DNA of 64,000 bases from Bacteroidales bacterium (GTDB lineage: Bacteria; Bacteroidota; Bacteroidia; Bacteroidales; UBA12077): assembly GCA_028282585.1 (NCBI GenBank), contig JANQHR010000046.1, forward strand, positions 32,001 to 96,000, given 5' to 3'. Positions within the stretch are counted from its first letter, which is position 1; each line of letters opens with the position of its first letter. A program made the translations under genes and the position numbers. This document shows positions 41,901 through 50,923 of this stretch, in pieces. Below the pieces are notes generated by a model, which was not told the origin of the DNA, did not search any database, and saw nothing but the letters and a program-made list of their open reading frames with translations.

Positions 41901-44900
41901 AATACTATACTATTTTTAACCATTGCTTGTCCAATATGTTGATTATACTTTTCATAATCAACTAAAGATCTATTTGGAATCGGATGATTATCCAAATCTT
42001 CAATTTGCTTTCTTACAGAACTTTTACAAATTTCCACAGGAGCATAATTATCTCCTTTTAATAAAGTAAATGATTTATCTTCTAAAGATTTATTGTCTGT
42101 TAATAAAATTGATGTCTGTGTATCATTTAGCACATTTCTAATTCTTTGGATTGGATACTCTGGTTCGATTGGTAAATATGCTGCTCCAGACTTTAAAACT
42201 CCTAAAATACTTATGATCTGATTTAACGATCTATCTTGCATTACTCCTACAAAATGATTTTTTCGTATCCCTTTTTCATACAAATATCTTGATAATCGAT
42301 TCGCACTATCATTTAGCTGCTTATATGTTATATTCTGATCATTTAAGGTAATGGCTGTTCTATTCTGATTCTTAACTACTGTTTCTTCAAATATATTTAT
42401 TAGACTTTTGTCATCACTGAATTTTCTATTTGTATTATTAATCTTATACAGTAATTCTTTCTTATCAGCCTCATCTAAGATATCTATTTCACTAATTAAG
42501 CCATCCGGATAAATACATATTTGCTCTATTATACGTTTGTAATATTTTACAATTCTTTCAATTGTTTGGGGTGCAAATAAATTTGTATTATATTCCAATA
42601 TTACCAGAATATCACTTCCTTTATCAATTGCATTCCACACCATGTCAAATTTTATTTCACCTTTTTCATGATCTATTAGATCAGCCTTAGGTAAAAACTC
42701 TGCCGAAACATATTCAGCAATAGTCCAAGCAAACATGATATCAAAAACAGGATTTCTTCCTGCATTTCTTTCTACCGAAAGTTCTTCAATTAAATTTTCG
42801 AACTGGTAATCCTGATTCACAAAAGCTGATATAGTAGATGATTTAATTTCTGATAAATACTCTTTTATAGTCTTATTTTTATCCGGATAACTTCTTATCG
42901 CTAGTGTATTAACAAAATTACCTACAATGTTTTCTAAATCTACATGTCTTCTGCCAGCAACGGGAGTACCTACTATAATATCATTTTGATTACTTAATTT
43001 GGATAACAATATTTTTAGCGCAGCTAGCAACAACATATACAATGTCATATCCTGTTGCACAGCTATTTTTCTAACACCATTGGTATTTGCTTCACCTAAA
43101 AGAAATTTAACGGAAGCACCATCAAATGTTTGTATTAAAGGTCTTTTATAATCTGTTGGTAATTGCAAAACAGGAAGTTCTCCTGAAAGAACATTTAACC
43201 AATAGCTCTCCTGCAATTTAGCCTTTTTAATTTGCTTATCGCTATTTTGCCAATCTGAGTAATCTTTATACTGCAATTTTAATTCGGGTAACTCTATTCC
43301 AGAGTATAAATTGATGAACTCCGACTCTAATATTTCTTGTGATATTCCATCACAAATTATATGATGCATATCTAAAAGTACCAGGTTTTCGTTATTTTCA
43401 GATTTTACAACAACTCCTCTTATTAACGGTGGTGAATTTAACTTAAATGGTTTTATAAAATCCTTCTTTATTTCATCAATATTTACCCTATTAAGATCCT
43501 TACAATCAATATATTGAACATTAAAATCAACATTTTCATAAATCTTTTGCACCGGTTCTTCATTCAATAATTCAAACCCAGTGCGCAGTACTTCATGTCT
43601 TTTAATAATTTTTTTAAATATTGATTCAATCCTCTGAATTTTAAAGTCACTATTCATTCTAAACTCCTGTGTCATATTGTATGTAATACTTTCAGGATTC
43701 ATATTATGAATGATAAATAACCTTTTTTGGGCAGATGACAGGGTGTAAAATTCTTTTTTATTTGTTCTATTTATGGAGTAATAATCTTCTTTCTTAGCTC
43801 TGGTTATCAACTCCACCTGATTCTTAATTTTTTGATTTTCAAAAATATCACGAAGCGAGATACTTACACCAAATTTCTTTTGAATATTTGCTATTAAAAC
43901 TGTAGCACTCAAGGAATGCCCTCCAAGTTCGAAGAAGGATTTTCTACTGCTAATTTCTTTCTGAGATATACCTAAAACTTCAGCCCATATATTGGCAAGT
44001 AACCTTTCTTTATAACTTAGTGCTTCATTTTGCTTTTCTTCAATAATTTTTGGTTCAGGTAAACGATTTCTATCAATTTTACCACTTGTCGTTATTGGTA
44101 TTTTATTAATTCCCACAAAGTAATCCGGAATCATGTATTTGGGAAGACTTAACATTAGTTCTTCCTTGATATCATTTAAATTTGTTCTATCAAATATACC
44201 TTCTGCCTTGTGCGTAATCCATACGGCAGTATCATAATACTCTCCGATATTTTTATCTATATTAATCTTTAATGGTGTATGTCCACCTTTAATTATATAT
44301 ATGTCTGAAGATGAAAATGTCTCTCCGGTCCATTTTTCCCAATCTTCAACAGTTGCTTTAATATATTGCGAATTTTCACAAAACCTAACAACTTCTCCAC
44401 CCATTTTTTTATGTACTCTAAACCATGGATCAAATATATCACCTTTGTCATTTAATTTTTTGTAATAATTTTTCAGGTCTAGTAAAGGGAATTTAGACTT
44501 CAAAGCTGGTCTTACAGGAATTAAAACTCTTTCATAATTAAAAGTTTTAGCAATATTTTGCATACATTTAATTATCTCATAACTTAATCCTACATTTCTG
44601 TATTTTTCACTCACAACTCCAACAAGAGTGAACAAAGTATTCGCATTGTTATTTGGTTCCAATCCCATTTCCAAAGCCCTACTCCAACTGGAAGGTAAAT
44701 TGTTTTTTGTTTTATCCCAGTAAATCGGGATTGTATTTCCTGCAGCAACTAATTCTCCATTACTGCTTAAAATACCAAACTGAAATGAACTATATTCTTT
44801 ATATAATCTTTTCCAGTATTTTTTTAAGTATATATCTTTCTTTAAAAAAATCGGCCATGTCGAAGCGTGTAATTGTTCAATGGAATCTTCCAGAGAAGGG

Positions 44901-47812
44901 CATTGCTCAACCGTGCTTATATAATACTTATTGTCCTTTAATGTGAATTCTTTTCCAATCTTTTGAACGTAGGTAATTAATTGCTCTATATTGTTAATTT
45001 CTCTTTTTACTACTAAACATTTTTTTACATTTTGAAATTTATTGATAGCTAATTCTATCTCCTTAATCTCAATTCTTTGCCCCCTAATTTTAACCTGGTC
45101 ATCTATACGACCTGCAAATTCAATATTTCCGTCCGGAAGCCATCTGGCTATATCTCCGGTTTTATATACTATTTTCGTATTATCAAGTATATTTACAAAT
45201 TTTGCGTTAGTTAACTCCGGATCATTTAAATATCCATCTGAAATCCCATCTCCAGTGATACATAGTTCTCCATATACTCCAATTGGCACAATCTGATCGT
45301 CCTTTAAAATATAGATTTGCGTATTTTCAATTGGCTTTCCAATTGGCACTTTGGTCTGATCTTTCTTAATCTGTTCTAATAAAAATTTAGTTGAAGTAAT
45401 TGTAGTTTCCGTAGGTCCATACAAATTATATAATTTATATTCATTAAAATATTGTGTAGCTAATGCAATATCACATTCTTCTCCACCTACTATTAAGCGT
45501 TTAATCTCCTTACAACCATGTACATCGACACTTTTCAAATATGCAGGTACTGTATCTAAATGAGAAATAGAGTTTTTTATAATATATTTTTTAAACCTAA
45601 GAGGATCAAACAAAATTTCCTTTTCAACTAATACTAAACTAAGGCCATTTAAAATGGGTAATAGAATTTGCTCAATCGAAGCATCAAAGCTTGAATTAGA
45701 AAACTGAAGAATACGTTCATCTTTTGAAAAACTAAACTCATTGGTTTGACTTAATATTAGGTTTATGATACTATTTTGTTTAACTATTACTCCTTTGGGA
45801 TTACCTGTGGTACCTGATGTATAAATAATGTAAGCATATTTATTTACTAATGGTGCTACATTTTTATAATTACTTGACTTTCCGGCAAGTTCTTTATTTA
45901 TATGGATACTTTCTATCTCTAAATCATTAGTAAAATGATACCGATCAGCAATTAATAGAGACATTCCGGTATCTTTGATAATATATGAAACTCTCTTTTT
46001 AGGAAGCTCTGGATCAATTGGTACATAAACAAATCCAGATTTAAAAATTGCTAACATTGATATTACTAATTCGGCTGATCTTTCGACCTTTACACCAATT
46101 ACACCTTCTTTAACTTTAGTTTTACTATTAATAATATAAGATAAATTAGCCACTAAAGAATGTAATTTTTTAAATGTAATATATTCGTCATTTAATATCA
46201 GGGCAATACGATCCGGATACTTTTTACATTCATTTTCAAACAACTGATATATACCTTCCTTTTCATATTCGGTTTGTTTAGAACAATTAAACTCATATAA
46301 TATCTTGCGCTTTTCTTTTTTTCCTAACAAATTTATTTGTGATATAAATTTGTTCAAATCCATTAATTGATTTATTATGTTTTTAAAATAACTAATATAT
46401 CGTTCTATTGTCTTAGGGGTAAAAAGATTAGTTTTATATTCGATATTAATTAGTATTTGTTCGTTTAAATCAAATACAGTAAATGTAATGTCAAATGGAG
46501 CAGTAGTTTGCTCGTGTATATATTTATCTTCACTAACAATTTTGGATACTTCTATGTCATAATCCTTTTGATTAAGAACATTCAGCATAACATTAAACAA
46601 GGGATTTCTAGTTGTTTCTCTATGATCTGTAACTTTCTCAACCAGATGTTCAAATTGGTATTCTTTATTATCGAAAGCATTAATTACGTTTATTTTTACT
46701 TGTTCAATAAATTCATTTAATGAAAATTCATTCGGTATTTTATTCCTTATAGCCAGCGTGTTAATAAAATTCCCTACAACCGTTTCAAAGTCTACATGAT
46801 CCCTTGTAATAACCGGAGTTCCGATTACAATATCATTTTGACCGGACAGTTTTGCAAGTAAGATATTAAAAATGGATAACATACTCATAAATAGAGTAAT
46901 TTCCTTTTCTTGAATTATATTCTTAATAATTCCGGTTTCATTTTGATCTAAACTAAAGAAAACTTTTGCTCCGCCTTGAGAGTCTTGAAGATTGTATGAA
47001 AAGTCATATGGTAATATTAATTCTTCAGGCGCTACATTAAACCTTTTTAACCAATAATTTTCTTGCTTTTTTATTTCTTGTTGGTACTCCGCAGTACTCT
47101 GCCATTTCGCGAAATCCTTATATTGAATTTTTAAAGGTTTTAATGAATTTTTATTTAAAAGGTTAAAAAAATCATTTATTAAGATATTGTTTGTTACTCC
47201 ATCGCTTATAATATGATGCATATCTATAAAAAGAATAGAGTCCAAATCTTCGATTCTAAATATGGTAGCTCTTAAAAGTGGTGCTTTTGATAAATTAAAT
47301 GTTACTGTATTTTCCTTTTTAATATTTTCTACTTCATCAAATGTTATATATTTTTCTTTGACTTCAAACTCTAATTCATTATGAATTAGTTGCACAATTT
47401 CGTTATTGATTATTCTAAAACTTGTTTTTAAGCTTTCGTGATGTGATATAAGATCTTTAAAAATATCTTCTATATCAGATGTCTTTAATTTACCCGAAAC
47501 ATTAAAAGTTGCAGGCATATTCTGTGATGTACTCTCTGAATTAATTTGTTGAATTAAAAACATTCGCTTCTGAGCTGAAGAGACAGGATAGTATTCTCTT
47601 TTTTCAACGTTCTTTATATTAAAATCATTAGCTTTTTCCTTAACATCGTTTAAAAACAAAATGATTTCTCTTTTATGTTTTTTAAGTTCTAAGAGTAAAT
47701 CATCGGTTAATATATTATCACCTTTAATAAATAAATCCAGTTCACCTGATGGAGAAACTGACATATTTATTCCATGTTTTTTAAGTTTTGAAATTATATC
47801 TAGTACACTCAT
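38993..47812 (-). CDS. Bimodular NRPS: docking-C-A(GNAT inserted)-T-C-A(radical SAM/B12 inserted)-T
   Basis: Two HHxxxDG, two YTSG A3 motifs, two GGHSL; codes DAEDIGLITK and DAEHIGEVTK; GNAT-like insert after A8 of module 1; RGCPYKCAYC insert between A2 and A3 of module 2. Confidence 0.94.
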   Translation of the reverse strand: MSVLDIISKLKKHGINMSVSPSGELDLFIKGDNILTDDLLLELKKHKREIILFLNDVKEKANDFNIKNVEKREYYPVSSAQKRMFLIQQINSESTSQNMPATFNVSGKLKTSDIEDIFKDLISHHESLKTSFRIINNEIVQLIHNELEFEVKEKYITFDEVENIKKENTVTFNLSKAPLLRATIFRIEDLDSILFIDMHHIISDGVTNNILINDFFNLLNKNSLKPLKIQYKDFAKWQSTAEYQQEIKKQENYWLKRFNVAPEELILPYDFSYNLQDSQGGAKVFFSLDQNETGIIKNIIQEKEITLFMSMLSIFNILLAKLSGQNDIVIGTPVITRDHVDFETVVGNFINTLAIRNKIPNEFSLNEFIEQVKINVINAFDNKEYQFEHLVEKVTDHRETTRNPLFNVMLNVLNQKDYDIEVSKIVSEDKYIHEQTTAPFDITFTVFDLNEQILINIEYKTNLFTPKTIERYISYFKNIINQLMDLNKFISQINLLGKKEKRKILYEFNCSKQTEYEKEGIYQLFENECKKYPDRIALILNDEYITFKKLHSLVANLSYIINSKTKVKEGVIGVKVERSAELVISMLAIFKSGFVYVPIDPELPKKRVSYIIKDTGMSLLIADRYHFTNDLEIESIHINKELAGKSSNYKNVAPLVNKYAYIIYTSGTTGNPKGVIVKQNSIINLILSQTNEFSFSKDERILQFSNSSFDASIEQILLPILNGLSLVLVEKEILFDPLRFKKYIIKNSISHLDTVPAYLKSVDVHGCKEIKRLIVGGEECDIALATQYFNEYKLYNLYGPTETTITSTKFLLEQIKKDQTKVPIGKPIENTQIYILKDDQIVPIGVYGELCITGDGISDGYLNDPELTNAKFVNILDNTKIVYKTGDIARWLPDGNIEFAGRIDDQVKIRGQRIEIKEIELAINKFQNVKKCLVVKREINNIEQLITYVQKIGKEFTLKDNKYYISTVEQCPSLEDSIEQLHASTWPIFLKKDIYLKKYWKRLYKEYSSFQFGILSSNGELVAAGNTIPIYWDKTKNNLPSSWSRALEMGLEPNNNANTLFTLVGVVSEKYRNVGLSYEIIKCMQNIAKTFNYERVLIPVRPALKSKFPLLDLKNYYKKLNDKGDIFDPWFRVHKKMGGEVVRFCENSQYIKATVEDWEKWTGETFSSSDIYIIKGGHTPLKINIDKNIGEYYDTAVWITHKAEGIFDRTNLNDIKEELMLSLPKYMIPDYFVGINKIPITTSGKIDRNRLPEPKIIEEKQNEALSYKERLLANIWAEVLGISQKEISSRKSFFELGGHSLSATVLIANIQKKFGVSISLRDIFENQKIKNQVELITRAKKEDYYSINRTNKKEFYTLSSAQKRLFIIHNMNPESITYNMTQEFRMNSDFKIQRIESIFKKIIKRHEVLRTGFELLNEEPVQKIYENVDFNVQYIDCKDLNRVNIDEIKKDFIKPFKLNSPPLIRGVVVKSENNENLVLLDMHHIICDGISQEILESEFINLYSGIELPELKLQYKDYSDWQNSDKQIKKAKLQESYWLNVLSGELPVLQLPTDYKRPLIQTFDGASVKFLLGEANTNGVRKIAVQQDMTLYMLLLAALKILLSKLSNQNDIIVGTPVAGRRHVDLENIVGNFVNTLAIRSYPDKNKTIKEYLSEIKSSTISAFVNQDYQFENLIEELSVERNAGRNPVFDIMFAWTIAEYVSAEFLPKADLIDHEKGEIKFDMVWNAIDKGSDILVILEYNTNLFAPQTIERIVKYYKRIIEQICIYPDGLISEIDILDEADKKELLYKINNTNRKFSDDKSLINIFEETVVKNQNRTAITLNDQNITYKQLNDSANRLSRYLYEKGIRKNHFVGVMQDRSLNQIISILGVLKSGAAYLPIEPEYPIQRIRNVLNDTQTSILLTDNKSLEDKSFTLLKGDNYAPVEICKSSVRKQIEDLDNHPIPNRSLVDYEKYNQHIGQAMVKNSIVLQCSRGCPYKCAYCHKIWPKGHITRSAEHIFNELMLYYEIGVRRFVIVDDIFNLDIKNSKRFFQLIVDNNLKLQLYFPNGLRGDILTKEYIDLMVAAGTVSFALALETTSKRLQKLIGKNLNVERFKENVEYISSKYPEVILELFTMHGFPGETTAEALDTLNFIKSIKWLHFPYVHILKIYPNTDMEKIALKNGISKDVINRSINLAYHELPETLPFEDEFTLIYQTEFLNNYFLLKERLLKVLPYQMKVLTEDELLQKYRSYLPVKIDTLQEFLEFVNINIEELEDYNFINEDYSYVNNLNEKIKKIFVPEEPANNDALKILLIDLSQFYSNDSDILYDVVEPPLGLMYISTYLKNKLGKQVECKIIKSRVDFDSNLELKRIIKEFEPNVIGTRTLSFYKDFFHKMISLIRLWGYEAPIIAGGPYATSNYDDLLNDTNIDMVCMGEGEVTFYEIVKEIIANNGILPNTESLLKIEGLAIKTDGIPNGVAQRKVIVVDEINLEDYDNENINISSSTEDIVYTIYTSGSSGVPKGVLINNRNVVNLIQSQKDEFKINSTEKICQFSSVCFDASVEQIWLAFFSGANLNLVSKESILNKDEFTRFLLRKNITHLHAVPSFLEGLNESKYYFNRVIAGGDVCRVGLAEKFNKEYDFYNEYGPTETTVTSIEMLVKKINKDYSSLPIGRPIGNTSIYILDEKLNLVPFGTIGDLYIGGEGVGIGYINKVELTNDSFIENPFVKNEKLYKTGDRVRLLNDTNIEFQGREDNQVKIRGFRIELGEIESCILKHQDVEKALVVAINDSFGEKILRAFLVLNNVKLKETLPQIKVLLSQSLPHYMIPSTYKQLEEIPLNQNGKVDRELFKISVHYENKNYVKPEGLIEETLAKVWGNILKIDSDKIGAEDNFFELGGHSLKLNILLSEIFKNFNIRIPANEIFIRPTIKDQAIYIEINNLSDNELIEEEGAEEIRI
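40455..42020 (-). other. Radical SAM plus B12-binding didomain embedded in an adenylation domain (approximate bounds)
   Basis: In frame between SGAAYLPIE (A2) and IYTSGSSGVPKG (A3); CPYKCAYC, VDDIFN, HGFPGET, then EPPLGLMY, AGGPYAT, MGEGE. Confidence 0.88.
44200..44940 (-). other. GNAT-like N-acyltransferase embedded in an adenylation domain (approximate bounds)
   Basis: In frame between A8 (RIDDQVKIRGQRIE) and A9 (LPKYMIP); VSEKYRNVGLS acyl-CoA motif, IPVRPALK, FDPWFRVHKKMGG, DWEKWTG. Confidence 0.75.
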
Positions 47813-47927
47813 AACAAACTATTTCAACCTTATATTTATTGAATATACCACAACCATTTTAGGCTAGATAAAAACTAAGTAAAATATAAATTATTAATAA
47901 TTAAAGAATTAAAAATGAAGTGTTGTT

Positions 47928-49196
47928 TCAACTAATAATATTTTTATTTATAAGCCATCTTTTAATAAAACGTTGGTATTCTTTAGTAAGTTTTGGAAAC
48001 ATTCCTTCAATTCTATTATTGCTGGTATATGTTATATTATGATCAGCATTTTTGAAAATTTTTACTTCAATGTTTTTAAGATTAAATGACCGTATTTTCT
48101 TAATATTTTCTAATGGATTTACCAACGTGTCATTGCTTCCCCAAAATACTAAAGCCGGAATATTCATATTTTTCCAAAAAGGATCAAACTTTGTTATTCT
48201 ACCTTTCCATGCCCAACTATCAAATTCATTTTCTGGAATTTTAATATTTTCAAACAAAGCTGTTTCATTCATGAAACCATATATTTTCGCATTATTTTTA
48301 ATATATGTTTCTACTTCATTATGCTTTGCTCCATTAAAAATTAATTTTTCTACATTTTTATGTGACTGTATAACAACATCACAATCTTTTTCCGAGAATC
48401 CCTTTTCTTTTATCCTAATGCTATCTTGATATATTGCAGATTCAGTTAAACTTATAATTTCCGGCGATTTAGCAATCATAAATGATGGAATTTCAGATCT
48501 ACTACTTATCATAGGTAATATAGAAGCTCCTTGACTAAATCCCCAAATTCCTATACGTTCTTTATCCACATCATTCCTGGATCTTAAATATTTCAAACAA
48601 GCAATTGCATCATCGATTAAATCATTAAATGTTATTGATTTATAATTGCCTGTAGATTTACCATTTCCTCTTTTATCAAAAGTTAAAACAATAAATCCCA
48701 GTTTTTTATATATTTTAGCCTCGCTAATATATTGATTTGCCAAATTTGTATGAGACCCATGTAACATTAATATAGCTGGGCATTTTAGGATTTTCTCAGG
48801 TTTTATAATTTGACTAAACAGTTTATCATTCTTATTGGAAATAAAAATCTCTTCAAAACTGCACTCCTGAAGATAATTTTCATTTACATTTTTATTTACT
48901 TCAAATTCAATTTCTAAATCGGAAGATGAATTATCTGATGATACCTTTCCTAAAATATTATTTTCATTTACTATTCCTTTAAAAACCAATTTAGTATCAC
49001 CTGGTTGAATATTAAAATGAATTATACCATCTTTTAATTCCAAATATTCTATAACCAAACAATTAATTAAGATCTCGTCACAATTAAAATAGCTCTTATT
49101 ATTATCAATTAATATAGAAATATTAACAGAATCAATCTTACTAACCATTTTCCCTTTCCATAACCCATTTATTTGATTTCTTTCTTCAAAGGCCAT
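47928..49196 (-). CDS. Alpha/beta-fold serine hydrolase (peptidase S9/S15-like)
   Basis: LHGS, FDKRGNGKS, GxSxG (WGFSQGA), Asp in WGSNDTLV, His in NADH. Confidence 0.85.
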   Translation of the reverse strand: MAFEERNQINGLWKGKMVSKIDSVNISILIDNNKSYFNCDEILINCLVIEYLELKDGIIHFNIQPGDTKLVFKGIVNENNILGKVSSDNSSSDLEIEFEVNKNVNENYLQECSFEEIFISNKNDKLFSQIIKPEKILKCPAILMLHGSHTNLANQYISEAKIYKKLGFIVLTFDKRGNGKSTGNYKSITFNDLIDDAIACLKYLRSRNDVDKERIGIWGFSQGASILPMISSRSEIPSFMIAKSPEIISLTESAIYQDSIRIKEKGFSEKDCDVVIQSHKNVEKLIFNGAKHNEVETYIKNNAKIYGFMNETALFENIKIPENEFDSWAWKGRITKFDPFWKNMNIPALVFWGSNDTLVNPLENIKKIRSFNLKNIEVKIFKNADHNITYTSNNRIEGMFPKLTKEYQRFIKRWLINKNIIS

Positions 49197-49236
49197 TCTA
49201 ATCTTTTTTTCTAATTCTTAAAGAATTATCCGGATT

Positions 49237-50895
49237 TTAAATACTTAATTCCAATTCAATTTCCAGGTTCTTACATTCATCTATATAACCGTTTTTAAAA
49301 TCCATAATATTAGGGACTGCATTTTTTTGTAAGTCTGACCATCGTTTATCTGCTTCTACTACCTCCTGCAAATAGTAAGGATTTGGAATATTAAGCTTTT
49401 TACAATGATTTACAAATCTTGCTACTCGATTATAAATGTCTTCTCTGGAAGGAGTTGTGTCCAGTTGATAAGTTTTAAATAATAGATATTTATTCATCTC
49501 ATCCGGATACACCGAATATTTTTTAAACTGCATATCCCATGCATTAGAAAAAGACTGCCCTGAATTAAAATATCTAAAAGGATTACATTCAACTTCATAT
49601 AAGTAATCTCGTAATTCTTCGATTAAATCTAATGTCTGAATAAAATCACTTTCTTGCTCGCCCGGATGTCCGACAATCCAGTAAGTGGAAGTTTTAACAC
49701 CCGCTTTAGCCAGGTTTATTATTGTTGATTTAACTTGATCCATACTAACTTTTTTATCCATCAGATCTAAAACTTTTTGAGACCCGCTTTCAATTCCAAG
49801 CCTTGCCCTATAAAAGCCCCCCTTTCTCCATTGAAATACTTTATTATAATTACATGAGTATTTATCAACTCGTAGGTATGCATCAAAATAAAATACTCCC
49901 GTATGTTTTATAAGGCTTTCTGTTAAATCATTAAGTACAGGATTAATTAATGAATCGGCCATTAAAAATAATTGTGTATTATATTCTTTCTGAATATGTT
50001 CAAAATCATTAATAATTACATCAATAGACCTTTTTCGGAATTTTCCCCAATTAATTGTTTCTGAGCAAAAACTACACTGAAATGGACAACTTCTTGAAGT
50101 ATAAACTGGCATATAAGGATAAAATCCCAAATCGTTCACACTATAATTCTGAGCAAGTGGCAAATTAATATTAACTCTCTCATTATCTATGTCACTTGAC
50201 ATATATACTCTTTGATCTTTTTTTAAATTACCATTTAAAATCTTTGTAAAAAGAATTTCACCTTCACCAATAACAATTTTATCAATGTAATCTGTCTCGT
50301 TAACGAATTTTTTAAAATTGGGAGTATCAACAATTAGTTCTTGCGAGAAAACAGGTCCTCCCATAACTGTTTTAATCTCAGGAAATCTAGATTTAACCAA
50401 TTTAAACGCAAACATTGATGCCGGAAGCGTTCCTCTAAAAACCGAAAGACCAAATATATCTACCTTTTTATCTATTATACTGATTATAAAATCTTCAAGT
50501 TTAATATAAAAGTTTTTTACAATTGAATTTAAATCAGTTATTAATTTATCACTAATTTTAAAATAAAAATTACTTTCAATTAATAAACCAACCATATTAT
50601 TAAACGCATTAAAATTTAAACCTTGCCGGTTAAGCTCAAGCATTAAATGATTATTTAGTACATCATTTCCAACGTTATAAACATTACCTAATTTCTGCTT
50701 GGGAATCCATTTTTTAATAGTCTTTATATAATCCTTATAGATATTATCAAATTCTCCTTGAATGTTACAATCAAATATTTCGACCTTATGTCCATCTTTT
50801 TCTAAATAGTCTTGTAAACATTTCAAACCAAAAGGAGGAACCAATGGAGCCCAGAATGGCATTAATCCAAGTGTTATATTCTTTTTCGTACTCAT
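49237..50895 (-). CDS. B12-binding domain radical SAM protein
   Basis: PFWAPLVPPFGLKCLQDY, MGGP, IGEGE, SRSCPFQCSFCSE, RLGIESG, VGHPGE. Confidence 0.88.
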   Translation of the reverse strand: MSTKKNITLGLMPFWAPLVPPFGLKCLQDYLEKDGHKVEIFDCNIQGEFDNIYKDYIKTIKKWIPKQKLGNVYNVGNDVLNNHLMLELNRQGLNFNAFNNMVGLLIESNFYFKISDKLITDLNSIVKNFYIKLEDFIISIIDKKVDIFGLSVFRGTLPASMFAFKLVKSRFPEIKTVMGGPVFSQELIVDTPNFKKFVNETDYIDKIVIGEGEILFTKILNGNLKKDQRVYMSSDIDNERVNINLPLAQNYSVNDLGFYPYMPVYTSRSCPFQCSFCSETINWGKFRKRSIDVIINDFEHIQKEYNTQLFLMADSLINPVLNDLTESLIKHTGVFYFDAYLRVDKYSCNYNKVFQWRKGGFYRARLGIESGSQKVLDLMDKKVSMDQVKSTIINLAKAGVKTSTYWIVGHPGEQESDFIQTLDLIEELRDYLYEVECNPFRYFNSGQSFSNAWDMQFKKYSVYPDEMNKYLLFKTYQLDTTPSREDIYNRVARFVNHCKKLNIPNPYYLQEVVEADKRWSDLQKNAVPNIMDFKNGYIDECKNLEIELELSI

Positions 50896-50923
50896 TACTA
50901 GTTATAATTAAATAGAGAAACGA

